Counted from the stretch's first letter, positions 42,112 to 51,521 are shown. The stretch is 64,000 bases of DNA from an uncultured delta proteobacterium (GCA_963812015.1 CAWETI010000002.1:992001-1056000), one strand, 5' to 3'. Notes: generated by a model from the sequence alone, not told the origin. Numbers and translations are program-made.

Positions 42112-42381
42112 ATGGCATTTTGGAATGATATGCTTAAACTGAATCCTACCAATATCCTGGTGGGTATCGGGGTGGCAGTGGCAGTACCGGTGGTGCTGCC
42201 GGTGGTGGCCACGGTCGTCCGCCCCCTGGTCAAGGCCGCCATCAAAGGCGGCTTCACCCTGGCGGATACGGTGACGGAATTCGTGGCGGAGGCCGCCGAG
42301 CAAGTCAGCGACCTGTATGCCGAGGCCAAGGCGGAGCACCTGGCCGGTGGCGCTGCCGCGGCCAAGGATCCTCAGGCGTAA
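42112..42381 (+). CDS. DUF5132-like protein
   Basis: GIGVAVAVPVVLP..RPLVKAAIKGG..EAAEQVSDLYAEAKAE; RBS AAGGAG. Confidence 0.8.
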   Translation: MAFWNDMLKLNPTNILVGIGVAVAVPVVLPVVATVVRPLVKAAIKGGFTLADTVTEFVAEAAEQVSDLYAEAKAEHLAGGAAAAKDPQA

Positions 42382-42394
42382 AGGTTGACCTAGC

Positions 42395-42847
42395 ATGACC
42401 GATAGTGAGATCAGGATTGTTCATGCCATACCGGGGCGGGTCAGGCTCAAGGTCGCTAGGCTGAGGGAGAACCCACCCCTGGCTCGGGTCATTCAAGAGC
42501 GCCTGGGGGCCGTCCGGGGTATCCAGGGGGTGGAAGCCACTCCCCTGACCGGCAGCGTGCTGGTGCTTTTTGACCCTCAGGCCATCACGTCCCCGGAGTC
42601 CCTGGCGACCCTGTCCGAGACGCTCACCGGCCTTTTTCCGGGACCGGATCTGACCCAATTGGCGGATTTTCTGAGCCGGTCCATGGCGGTGGAAGAGGCC
42701 GGGCTCACCTGGTCCGAATTTGTGGTGGACTTTTTGGTGGACCTCAACGCCCGACTGGGGAGTGCCCTGGGAGGGTTGGCGGATTTCCGGCTGCTGGTCC
42801 CCCTGGCATTGGTGGTTTTTGGACTGCCGAGATTGCTGAACAAGTAA
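42395..42847 (+). CDS. HMA2 domain protein (possibly C-terminally truncated)
   Basis: IVHAIPGRVRLK, TGSVLVLFD, DFRLLVPLAL. Confidence 0.8.
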   Translation: MTDSEIRIVHAIPGRVRLKVARLRENPPLARVIQERLGAVRGIQGVEATPLTGSVLVLFDPQAITSPESLATLSETLTGLFPGPDLTQLADFLSRSMAVEEAGLTWSEFVVDFLVDLNARLGSALGGLADFRLLVPLALVVFGLPRLLNK

Positions 42848-42980
42848 GCGGTAACACCTGGCAAGACCGACTCCGGTTTTCTTCTCCTCCTGCCTGAGAC
42901 TGAACCGGCCCCCGGTTTCACCGCAGTAAGGCCTCCCTTCCCGAATGCGCTTCACCGCCCCCTGGCCCGGGCGCCCGCCG

Positions 42981-43787
42981 TTACCCCGCGCTTCCCAAGA
43001 CGTGTTCGTTAAGGTACCAGGTGAAGGCCGCCGCGTCCCGGGCGCTTTTGAGGTAAAGGTCCAGGTGGGCCTCGTCCTGGGGGTAGAAGCCCGGATAGCC
43101 GGTGGGGGCGGCGCCGCCGGGGCAGTGGACCAGAGCGGTGAGCCAGATGGCGGGGATGAGGCGCCATTCCGGCTGGTCTTGCAGGGGGCCGGCCACCCGT
43201 TCTTCCACCGTGGCGATGACCTGACGGGAGGCGGTGACGGCCAGGTGCCAGTCAGAGACCCGGGGAATGAGGATATTGCCCCGGGAGTCGCCCCGGCCGG
43301 CGTGTACCAGGGTGACGTCGGGAATCAGGGCCTGGACCGCCACCAGGTCTTGGCCGGAAAAGGGATCAGGTATGACCCGGAAGCGGGGATTGACCGACAG
43401 ATACGCAGAGCCCAACATGCCCCGGACCGGCAGAAACGGCGCCCCCATGCCCCCCGCCTGGAGGGCGCGCAGCAGCGCCCCTCAGGGGTACTCCAGACAG
43501 TGCAGGCGGCCCGCCTGGACCGCGGCCCGAAAGTGGGGGGCCATGCCGTATTCCTCCAGCCCCACCTGGGCGAAGTGGAGGCGGTCGGCCACCCCGGCGC
43601 CCACGGCCAGGTCGACGTTGAGGCCCCCGGTGGGCACGGTGATCAACCCCAGGTTCCGGCGACCCTGGCGGATGAGTTCCCGGATCAAGGCCATGGGGGC
43701 GGCGCGGCTGTGGCCCCCCAGGGCCACCAGGTCCCCGTCCTTTACCAGCGCCGCCGCGGCGGCCAGGTCAGTCCAGACAGGTGGCAT
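42981..43787 (-). CDS. CoA-transferase alpha-subunit-like protein with in-frame UGA (candidate selenoprotein)
   Basis: ORFs 43482-43787 and 42981-43448 share a frame and join as HCLEYP-TGA(43482-43484)-GALLRALQAGGMGAPFLPVRG; motifs VKDGD..LGG, PMALIRELIRQ, PDVTLVHA..D..GN. Confidence 0.8.
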
Positions 43788-44373
43788 CGCGGTCTCCCGC
43801 TATGGGGTGGGCCCCCAGGTAGGCCAGCAGGTTAAGGAGAATGCGGGCGGTGGCCCCCCAGACCACCTCCTGGCCGTTGTGCCAGTAGCAGACCCGGGTG
43901 GTGCGGCCCTGGAAGGTGTAGGGGCCGGAGCGCCAGCGTTCCGGGGGAAAAAACTCCGCCACCGGCCAGGTCAGCAGGCGCTTGACTTCCCGGGGACTGG
44001 GCCGAAAGTCGTAGGGGTGGGGGATGAGTCCCACAAAGGGAGTGATGTGGTAGCCGGTGATGGTGGCCACCGGGGGGAGCGTTCCCAGCACCTCCACCGC
44101 CTCGGGCGCCAGGCCGATCTCCTCAAAGGTTTCCCTCAGGGCCGTGCCCAGGAGGTGGGGGTCCTCCGGGTCCCGGACCCCGCCCGGAAAGGCGATCTGC
44201 CCCCGGTGATCCTTCACCAAAAGGGTGCGCTGGGTGAACAGCACCTGGACCTCCCCCGCCTTGAGGAACAGGGGCACCAGCACTCCGGCGGCAACCAGGT
44301 CCGACTCCGGCCCCGGCGGGGCCGGCTCCTGGGGCAAATGGTCCTTGAGATGGGCCAGGATTGAGGTGACCAT
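43768..44373 (-). CDS. Nudix CoA pyrophosphatase (NudL/PCD1 family)
   Basis: LFTQR...HRGQIAFPGG, TALRETFEEIGL, VWGATA; overlaps the CoA-transferase start. Confidence 0.9.
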   Translation of the reverse strand: MVTSILAHLKDHLPQEPAPPGPESDLVAAGVLVPLFLKAGEVQVLFTQRTLLVKDHRGQIAFPGGVRDPEDPHLLGTALRETFEEIGLAPEAVEVLGTLPPVATITGYHITPFVGLIPHPYDFRPSPREVKRLLTWPVAEFFPPERWRSGPYTFQGRTTRVCYWHNGQEVVWGATARILLNLLAYLGAHPIAGDRDATCLD

Positions 44374-44621
44374 AATTCTTTTTACCACGGCCCCGGGGTC
44401 CTGGCAACCGCCAGGCCGAAGCCGGTGGTCGCCGGACCGGCTTAGTGATGAGGACCCGCCGGGGAAACCCGCAGCCCCCGCCGATCCCGCCAGGCCGGCC
44501 GGAAGCTGCCGGGGGTGCAATTGACAAGGCGCAGAATGAAGCTTATGTTGATGTAGGGTTCAGCTCATGGGCTCTGCAGCCCATCAACATGCAGGAATCA
44601 GCTGACAGGGAGATCGCCACC

Positions 44622-45146
44622 ATGAAAGTGCAGGAATATATGCTCAAGGCGTTGAAAGACGCCGTGCAAATGGAGGTCGAAGGCCGCCAGTTTTATCTGG
44701 AAGCGGCCAAGAAAGTGAAGAGTGCCGGGGTCCGGGATATCATGGCGTACCTGGCGGAGTCGGAAAAATACCACATCGAAAAATTCAACGAGGTCTACCG
44801 GAGCCTGGAAAAGGACCCGTCCTGGACCGAAACCATAGCGGCCTTTAAGCCCCCCCAGCACGAGCCTTATGTCTGCGTCATGGCCATGACCAAAGATGAA
44901 CAGGGCGCCGGCGGCCAGGATGACCTTCAGGCCCTCAAGACCGGCATCAAGATGGAGGAGTGCTCCATCGACTACTACACCAAACTGGCCAAGGAAGCCA
45001 CCAACCCCCTGGCCCGGCGCTTCTTCATGAGCGTGGCCCATGAAGAAAGGGGCCACTACCTGACCCTGATGGATATGCACAACTACCTGACCATGCCGGA
45101 GGACTGGTTCTACGTCACCCAGATGAGCAATGTGGATGGGGGCTGA
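44622..45146 (+). CDS. Ferritin-like/rubrerythrin family protein
   Basis: E..G..FY, E..H and E..SIDYY, EERGH di-iron motifs. Confidence 0.88.
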   Translation: MKVQEYMLKALKDAVQMEVEGRQFYLEAAKKVKSAGVRDIMAYLAESEKYHIEKFNEVYRSLEKDPSWTETIAAFKPPQHEPYVCVMAMTKDEQGAGGQDDLQALKTGIKMEECSIDYYTKLAKEATNPLARRFFMSVAHEERGHYLTLMDMHNYLTMPEDWFYVTQMSNVDGG

Positions 45147-45208
45147 TTGCTGACCGGCAGGCAAGGGATGGGCTGGGTACTGATTGCCGTTATGGAGGTG
45201 AAACCGCG

Positions 45209-45964
45209 GTGGAGTTGATCGTGGTAGGTTCCGGCACCGGGGTGCCCTCCCTGCGCCGGGGCTCGCCGTCCCTGGCGGTCAAGGCCGCCGGCCGACTCCT
45301 GGTCCTGGACCTGGGGTCCGGAACCCTGCGGGCCCTGTTACGTCTCGGCCTCAATTTTTCGGCCATCGACGTTCTGGCCCTGACCCACCTGCACCCCGAC
45401 CACGTGGGGGATCTCATCCCCTTTTTGTTCGCCACCCGCTACTCCCTGGGCTACACCCGCCGGGAGCCTTTCCGGCTCCTGGCCGCCCGGGGGTTTGCCC
45501 GGTTTCACGCCCGACTCCAGGAGGCCTTTAATGGCTGGGTGGAGCCGCCCCCCGGCCTCATGGACCTTAAGGAACTCGCCCCGGACGGCCCGGATGAAGT
45601 GCGGGACGCGGGCCTGGTAATCCGGAGCGCCCCCACCAATCACACCGAAGGGAGCCTGGCCTTTCGGGTGGAGGCTGAAGGCCGGTCCGTGGTCTATTCC
45701 GGGGATACGGCTGAGAGCGACTCCCTGGTGGACCTGGCCCGGGGAGCGGATATTTTGGTGCTGGAGGCCGCCAACCCCTTCAAGGTCCCGGGACACCTCA
45801 CTCCCCGGGAAGCCGGGGGCTTGGCGGCCCGGGCCGGGGTGGCCCGCCTGCTCCTGACCCACTTTTATCCGCCCTGCGATGCAGTGGACGTGGTGGCCCT
45901 GGCGGCCCAGGAGTTTTCCGGAGAGGTCCTCCGGGCCGAAGACGGCCTGAGCCTCACCGTGTGA
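45209..45964 (+). CDS. MBL-fold hydrolase, RNase Z-like
   Basis: GSGTG, THLHPDH, YSGDT, LTHFYP. Confidence 0.88.
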   Translation: MELIVVGSGTGVPSLRRGSPSLAVKAAGRLLVLDLGSGTLRALLRLGLNFSAIDVLALTHLHPDHVGDLIPFLFATRYSLGYTRREPFRLLAARGFARFHARLQEAFNGWVEPPPGLMDLKELAPDGPDEVRDAGLVIRSAPTNHTEGSLAFRVEAEGRSVVYSGDTAESDSLVDLARGADILVLEAANPFKVPGHLTPREAGGLAARAGVARLLLTHFYPPCDAVDVVALAAQEFSGEVLRAEDGLSLTV

Positions 45965-45999
45965 GGGCGAGATATCTGAAAGAACAACTGGAGGTTTCC

Positions 46000-46296
46000 A
46001 TGGTTTTGCGTCGGTTGCACCACTTGAGGGCAGTAGCTGTATCCATCGTGATCTGTATGAGCTTGGCGTCGTGCAGCGGCCCAAAGATTTCCCAGGAAAA
46101 TTTCTTAAAGATCCAAACCGGCATGAGCCTGGCGCAAGTCCAGGCCATCCTGGGGGAGCCCACGGAAGCCTCCAGTGTTGACCTGGCCGTGTTTTCCGGC
46201 ACCGTATCCAAATGGCGCCAGGGGGACGTCACCATCACCATCCAGTTCGTCAACGGCAAGGTGGTGGCCAAGCAGTTCTCCAAGACTAAGGAGTAG
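46000..46296 (+). CDS. Small lipoprotein (BamE/DUF3862-like)
   Basis: Lipobox LASC; IQTGMSLAQVQAILGEP. Confidence 0.7.
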   Translation: MVLRRLHHLRAVAVSIVICMSLASCSGPKISQENFLKIQTGMSLAQVQAILGEPTEASSVDLAVFSGTVSKWRQGDVTITIQFVNGKVVAKQFSKTKE

Positions 46297-46405
46297 AAAC
46301 ATCGGGGCGCCGGCCCGGGTCAAGGGGCCGGAGGTTCCCCGGGTTTGCCGATTTTAGCGGGTGAGGCAAGCCTTACCCCCAATTCAGCTTCGCGAGGACT
46401 TATCT

Positions 46406-47200
46406 ATGTCGATCATCACGATTTCCCGGGGTTCCTACAGCCGGGGCAAAGAAGTAGCCGAAAAGGTGGCCGCGGTGTTGGGCTACGAATGTATCTCCCG
46501 GGAGATTCTCCTGGAGGCCTCGGAACAATTCAATATCCCGGAGATCAAGCTGGTGCGGGCGATTCACGATGCACCCTCCATCCTGGAGCGTTTCACCTAC
46601 GGCAAGGAAAGGTACGTGGCGTATCTCAAGGCGGCCTTAATGAAACATATCCAGAAAGATAACGTGGTCTATCACGGTCTGGCCGGCCATTTCTTCCTCC
46701 AGGAGATCCCCCATGTCTTCAAGGTGCGGATTGTCGCCGACCTGGAGGACCGGATCGCCGAGGAGATGAAACGGGAAAACATCTCCGCCGCCGAGGCCCG
46801 GCATATCTTGAAAAAAGACGATGACGAGCGCCGCCGCTGGAGTATTCAGGTCTTTGGGGTAGATACCTGGGACCCCATGCTCTATGACATGGTGCTCCAC
46901 ATCAAGTCTTTCAAGGTGGATGATGCGGTGGCGTTGATCCTGCAAGCCGTCAAACTTCCCTGCTTCCGCGCCACCCCGGCATCCCAGAAAATTCTCGATG
47001 ACCAGGCCCTGGCGGCCCGGGTCCAGGCGGCCCTGGTGGAAGAGTTTCCCACCGCCAAGGTGAGCGCCCAAGAGGGGGAACTCTTCGTGAATATCAAGAG
47101 CAACCTGACCGAAGAACAAGAAGTGATCGCCCGGGTGCGGCGCATCGCCAGCAACGTCGCCGGGATCGAGGTCAAGATGCAGTACTTCATCCACCCCTGA
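46406..47200 (+). CDS. Cytidylate kinase-like family protein with BON-like C-terminus
   Basis: IITISRGSYSRGKEVAEKVA, YHGLAGHF, YDMVL. Confidence 0.85.
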   Translation: MSIITISRGSYSRGKEVAEKVAAVLGYECISREILLEASEQFNIPEIKLVRAIHDAPSILERFTYGKERYVAYLKAALMKHIQKDNVVYHGLAGHFFLQEIPHVFKVRIVADLEDRIAEEMKRENISAAEARHILKKDDDERRRWSIQVFGVDTWDPMLYDMVLHIKSFKVDDAVALILQAVKLPCFRATPASQKILDDQALAARVQAALVEEFPTAKVSAQEGELFVNIKSNLTEEQEVIARVRRIASNVAGIEVKMQYFIHP

Positions 47201-47272
47201 GGCCGCCAAAAACGGTGGGGCCGGCGCCCTCGGGGAGCGGTCCCCTTAATCGGAGGAGTGCGGGAGGAACTT

Positions 47273-48079
47273 ATGCCATACAAAACCTGGTTCATGCTCG
47301 GCGGGGCGATGGCCCTGGTCTTTCTCTCCCTGACGAAGGTCGAGGCCAAAGTTGTGACCAAAACGGTGGAGTACCGCCAAGACGGCACGGTGATGCGGGG
47401 TTTTTTGGCCTATGATGATGGCCTTAAGGGGAAACGTCCCGGAGTGCTGGTGGTGCACGAGTGGTGGGGCCTCAACGATTTTGCCCGAGAAAAGGCGCAG
47501 CAACTGGCGGGTCTGGGCTACGTCGCCCTGGCCGCGGATATGTACGGAGGCGGCGTCACCACCAAAGACCGGGAAGAAGCGGCCCATCTGGCGGCCCTGC
47601 GGAACAACCCGGCCCTGCTCCGGGCCCGGGCCCAGGCGGCCCTCAAGGTCCTGGCGGCTGATCCCCGGGTGGACCCCAAACGCCTGGCAGCCATCGGTTT
47701 CTGTTTCGGCGGCACCACGGTCCTGGAACTGGCCTACTCCGGGGCGGACCTCGCCGGAGTAGTGAGTTTTCATGGCGGCCTGCCCCGGCCCCAACCCGGA
47801 GATCTGGAACGCCTTAAGGCCAAAATCCTGGTGCTGCATGGGGCCGATGACCCTCATGTTCCGGCCGCCGACCTCGCCGCCTTTGAGCAGGCCATGCGGC
47901 AAGCCGGGGCGGACTGGCAGATGGTCTTCTTCGGCGGGGCGGTCCACGGGTTCACCAACCCGGCCGCAGGGGACAACAAAGCCTCCGGGGTAGCCTACGA
48001 CGCCCTGGCGGCCCGGCGCTCCTGGCGGTATATGCGGGAATTCTTCCGGGAAATTTTGACCATCAAAGGGACGGACTGA
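47273..48079 (+). CDS. Dienelactone hydrolase family protein (exported)
   Basis: HEWWG, GFCFGG, HGADD, VHGF. Confidence 0.92.
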   Translation: MPYKTWFMLGGAMALVFLSLTKVEAKVVTKTVEYRQDGTVMRGFLAYDDGLKGKRPGVLVVHEWWGLNDFAREKAQQLAGLGYVALAADMYGGGVTTKDREEAAHLAALRNNPALLRARAQAALKVLAADPRVDPKRLAAIGFCFGGTTVLELAYSGADLAGVVSFHGGLPRPQPGDLERLKAKILVLHGADDPHVPAADLAAFEQAMRQAGADWQMVFFGGAVHGFTNPAAGDNKASGVAYDALAARRSWRYMREFFREILTIKGTD

Positions 48080-48139
48080 AGCGAGGGCCGGGGAGGCGCC
48101 GAAGGGACTCGGAAGCGACCGCCGGCGGGATCATTCGTC

Positions 48140-48889
48140 TCAAGGCCACTCTTTTAACTTGATTAACCCCTGATGAATTTCGAGATAGTGGATTTTGTCA
48201 GAGGTCCAGGCCCCGGCATTGGCAAAGATTTTACCGTCCTCCATAATATGCAGCCCATGACGGTGCGTATGGGCCAGAATGACAATATCGAAGCCTCGCC
48301 GAAAAAACCTCAGTGCGGCTGCCAGGTTCCTTGGCGCATCAAAAAGCGTCTTTTCAAGTCCATGCCGTTTTTTATGCAGGTCGTAGAGCCACCATTCGGT
48401 TTTAAAGTAGAGATGAAAAAACTTGGGCGAAATTCTCAGCAATTTCCCCAGCGCCGTGGCGATGTGAGCGTAAAGCCGGGGAAAATGCTGAAAGCGGCGG
48501 TCATAAAGATGCCCATGTTCAATATGAATCCGTTGATCGCCAGAGACTACGTCCAAAAAAGGCCTAGCCGAGCCAATACCGGATTTCGCCAAATAGGTTC
48601 CCGAATGAATGTCATGGTTGCCATTTACATAATAGATCTTGTTACTGTCTCGAGATAGGAAATCCTTTAAACTTTTGATAGCTGATTTGAGATCCATAGC
48701 TAATTTTGAAGTTGAACATTGCAATAAATCAAAGCCGTCGCCATTTATACAAAGGTTAATGCGATTTTTTGCCAGATATTTTACGAACGAAACGAGACGT
48801 TCTCTTTTAGTAAACGCAGGGTTACCCAGATGCAGGTCGGATATTACACAGAGATGATCTTCTTTAACATAAACTTTAGATTTGTCCAT
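48140..48889 (-). CDS. Metallophosphoesterase (LpxH-like), AT-rich
   Basis: ISDLHLG, NGDGFD, GNHD, EHGH, AHTH. Confidence 0.85.
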   Translation of the reverse strand: MDKSKVYVKEDHLCVISDLHLGNPAFTKRERLVSFVKYLAKNRINLCINGDGFDLLQCSTSKLAMDLKSAIKSLKDFLSRDSNKIYYVNGNHDIHSGTYLAKSGIGSARPFLDVVSGDQRIHIEHGHLYDRRFQHFPRLYAHIATALGKLLRISPKFFHLYFKTEWWLYDLHKKRHGLEKTLFDAPRNLAAALRFFRRGFDIVILAHTHRHGLHIMEDGKIFANAGAWTSDKIHYLEIHQGLIKLKEWP

Positions 48890-49166
48890 AAGTCTTCAAC
48901 ATGATCTTAGAAGTAATAGAAGGATAAAATTAAGGTGATTTTGTCCAGAAACGTTAGATATTGGCAGGATAAAATATGGGGAGGATATTATCAAGCAGTT
49001 TTTTGGGAATTATGAAAATTTAAATAAACATCCTTTAGTGCAGCTTAGTTAATCAAAACTCACTTCCATCCTTGTTTCCCTCTAATTTGATTGAATTTCA
49101 TAAACTGAGGGATGAACCTCTCTCGCCCGACCAACCAACCGAGAGGTGAGCCCGGCGATGACGCCA

Positions 49167-49919
49167 TTATGGCTGTGTGAGCCCGCAGAGTTTCCGGGCC
49201 CGTTCCCGGACCGCGGCAATTATTTGAGGCATGGTGGTACACGCCCCCTGCTTGACCAGAGCTCCGGGAATCGCGCCGCCGGGGTCGGTGCACAGCTTAT
49301 AAATGGCCTTGGTTTTCGTGGCGCCGAAGGGTTCCAGAATCCATTCGCCGGAATTTTCATTCAGGTTGCCGGTCACCAGGGACCAGGAGCTATGATACCG
49401 ATGTTGGGCCGCCCGGGTCTCATCATTCTGCCCCTTGATGATGTACCACCTGTTGCTGCAAGGCCAGGGAAAATTCAGATTGGCATAAAGATATACGGTA
49501 TACTTCCCGCCGGGGATGCGAGAGGCGGCTGGGTCCGCCGGGGTGGGGCCAAGCAAGCGCTCCACCTCCTCAGCCCGGCTCGGTCGGCTTTTTACGATCA
49601 GGGGCACCTTCTCGGCCGCCACCGCCATGCTGTTGAGGGTCCGTGGCATGAAATACTTAAAGTTATTCACATCGGTGATCACCTGCCAGACGATCTCGGG
49701 GGAAGCATCGATAATCCCTATCATCTCGCCGTGTTTCAGGCAGGTTCCCGGCTCGGCGGTCGCAGTGACAACGATCTCTCCCGTTTCTAATTTGTGGCGC
49801 AGATCATCCTCAGCCCCGGCGTAAAGATGGGAACCTGGAGCAAGAATTATTCCCAGGCACCAGAGAACCAGCCAGGCTCCCGGGGACGCTTTTCTTAATA
49901 AACTTACCGATAATCTCAT
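49167..49919 (-). CDS. SRPBCC/START-like exported protein
   Basis: IDASPEIVWQVITD..F..FMP, GEW.LEP, DPGG.IP. Confidence 0.75.
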   Translation of the reverse strand: MRLSVSLLRKASPGAWLVLWCLGIILAPGSHLYAGAEDDLRHKLETGEIVVTATAEPGTCLKHGEMIGIIDASPEIVWQVITDVNNFKYFMPRTLNSMAVAAEKVPLIVKSRPSRAEEVERLLGPTPADPAASRIPGGKYTVYLYANLNFPWPCSNRWYIIKGQNDETRAAQHRYHSSWSLVTGNLNENSGEWILEPFGATKTKAIYKLCTDPGGAIPGALVKQGACTTMPQIIAAVRERARKLCGLTQP

Positions 49920-50072
49920 GGTAAATCGCCCCCGCCCTCGGGCAGCCGTTGGCAGAGAATCTCTGGTTTTGACCGTCAAGAGTTAACCCTCAAGGCATCG
50001 CCGACTGAATTTAACTTTAATAGCGGCGGGATTGCGGGTCAAGTCTTGGCCGGGAAAACAGGAAAAATTGTT

Positions 50073-50762
50073 TTAGACGTTGAACCGAATCTCGATGATA
50101 TCACCTTCGTGGATGGTGTAATCCCGGTCCACCAGCTTCACCAGGCCCTTGGTCCGGGCTTCTTGCATATTGTAGACCTGCAAGAAGTCGTCGTAGCTGA
50201 TAATATCGGCCTTGATGAAGCCCCGGGCCAGGTCGGAGTGAATCTTACCGGCGCAGGTGACGATATCCGAATCCCGCTGCACCGGCCAGGCATGGACTTC
50301 TTTTTTGTCGGCGGTGTAGAAAAAGATGATGCCGGATTTATTCAGGATCATGGTAATGGCGTCATTGAGCTCCGGCGCCTCAGGGGTAACCAGGGTGGGC
50401 TTCAAGCTCAAGGGGGCCAGGGTCCTCAAGAGGGTTAATTCCGCCTCGGTGAACTGCCCGTCGCACAGCGGCACTTCCTGCTCCAGATACCCCAGACACT
50501 TGTCCAGGAGGGCTTTCTCGGCCTCATCCCCGGTCCGCTCCCGGCGGGCCTCCAATTTTTCCATATCCAGGATCAACAGGTCCCAGATCCTGGCTTGAGC
50601 TATCAAGAATCCGTCGCAATGGCTGAAGTCGTCCCGGATGAACTCGACGTAAAAGGGGGTGATTTTCTTGGGGGAGAGTTTCTGGTCCAAGGTAATGACG
50701 CGCTCATCCTGATACTTTACTTTGCCCTCGGGCAGGTCAAATCCAATGCTACATATCTTCAA
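50073..50762 (-). CDS. Short YchF-like protein (DUF933/TGS) lacking the P-loop
   Basis: C-terminus AGKIHSDLARGFIKA..DYTIHEGDIIEIRFNV; no GxxxxGKS. Confidence 0.8.
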   Translation of the reverse strand: MKICSIGFDLPEGKVKYQDERVITLDQKLSPKKITPFYVEFIRDDFSHCDGFLIAQARIWDLLILDMEKLEARRERTGDEAEKALLDKCLGYLEQEVPLCDGQFTEAELTLLRTLAPLSLKPTLVTPEAPELNDAITMILNKSGIIFFYTADKKEVHAWPVQRDSDIVTCAGKIHSDLARGFIKADIISYDDFLQVYNMQEARTKGLVKLVDRDYTIHEGDIIEIRFNV

Positions 50763-50946
50763 TGACTTTTACCTCTTGATCGAGCCTGGACCTGAACCAG
50801 GGTGGTTCAGGGGTCAGGCCGCCGCTTATCCTTATGGCCGGGAACCGGGGTTCCGCCCCGCCTGCCACAGAAAAACCGGCAAGATCTCGTGGACCCTGCC
50901 GGCGTGATGCTGCTTTTCCGATCTTCCTTGCAGCGGAGGCCGTTGC

Positions 50947-51288
50947 TTAGCGGTAGCCGCCGCGACCGCCGCGACCGCCACCACCACCGTAGCCGCCGCC
51001 ACCACCGCCCCCGCCGCCGCGACCGCCGCCGGCGCCGCCCCGAGCCTGGGGCCTGGCCTCATTGACCGCCAGGACCCGGCCTTCAACCTGACGGCCGTTC
51101 AGCATGGAGATGGCCTTCTGCCCCTCCAGTTTGGTTTCCATTTCCACAAAACCGAAGCCCCGGGGTTGGCCGGTCTGCCGGTCGGTGATGATTTTGGCCG
51201 AGGCCACATTCCCGGCCTCGGTAAAGAGATCCTTCAGTTCGGCTTCGGTCATCTCCATGGGGAGATTACCCACATATAATTTGATCAT
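50947..51288 (-). CDS. RRM RNA-binding protein with Gly-rich tail
   Basis: LYVGNL (RNP2), RGFGFVEM (RNP1). Confidence 0.95.
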   Translation of the reverse strand: MIKLYVGNLPMEMTEAELKDLFTEAGNVASAKIITDRQTGQPRGFGFVEMETKLEGQKAISMLNGRQVEGRVLAVNEARPQARGGAGGGRGGGGGGGGGYGGGGGRGGRGGYR

Positions 51289-51365
51289 GAAATTCTCCTT
51301 TTAAGCGGCGACACGGTTCCCCTGTCCGGATGGTGCCGCCCAACCCGATCTGGAGGAGAATCTGA

Positions 51366-51521
51366 TTATTCCTCAATAGTTCCTTCTTCCTGCGCCGTAG
51401 GTTCTTCTGGGGTCTCTTCTTCGGTGGCCCGATTCTGGCGCTTTTTTATCTTCTCATCGCTTTTCTGCTTCCGGGCGATTTCTTTGGCTCGTTTTTCCCA
51501 GCCATATCGGTTGCGGGCCAC
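51366..51521 (-). CDS. Small basic/acidic protein, 51 aa, absent from the ORF track
   Basis: RBS GGAGGTG, GTG start, MARNRYGWEKRAKEIARKQKSDEKIKKRQNRATEEETPEEPTAQEEGTIEE*. Confidence 0.75.
   Translation of the reverse strand: MARNRYGWEKRAKEIARKQKSDEKIKKRQNRATEEETPEEPTAQEEGTIEE

Noticed and set aside
42750..42875. yybP-ykoY-like 3' motif CCTGGCAAGACC
   Set aside because: It lies after a gene end, has no proper GGGGAGUAGC 5' strand, and is better explained as decayed coding sequence.
45144..45146. Possible Sec read-through at other TGA stops (ferritin-like gene, mog, metF)
   Set aside because: These proteins are already full length and no conserved continuation is evident.
50950..51040. GCC-rich tandem repeats
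   Set aside because: They simply encode the Gly-rich tail of the RRM protein.
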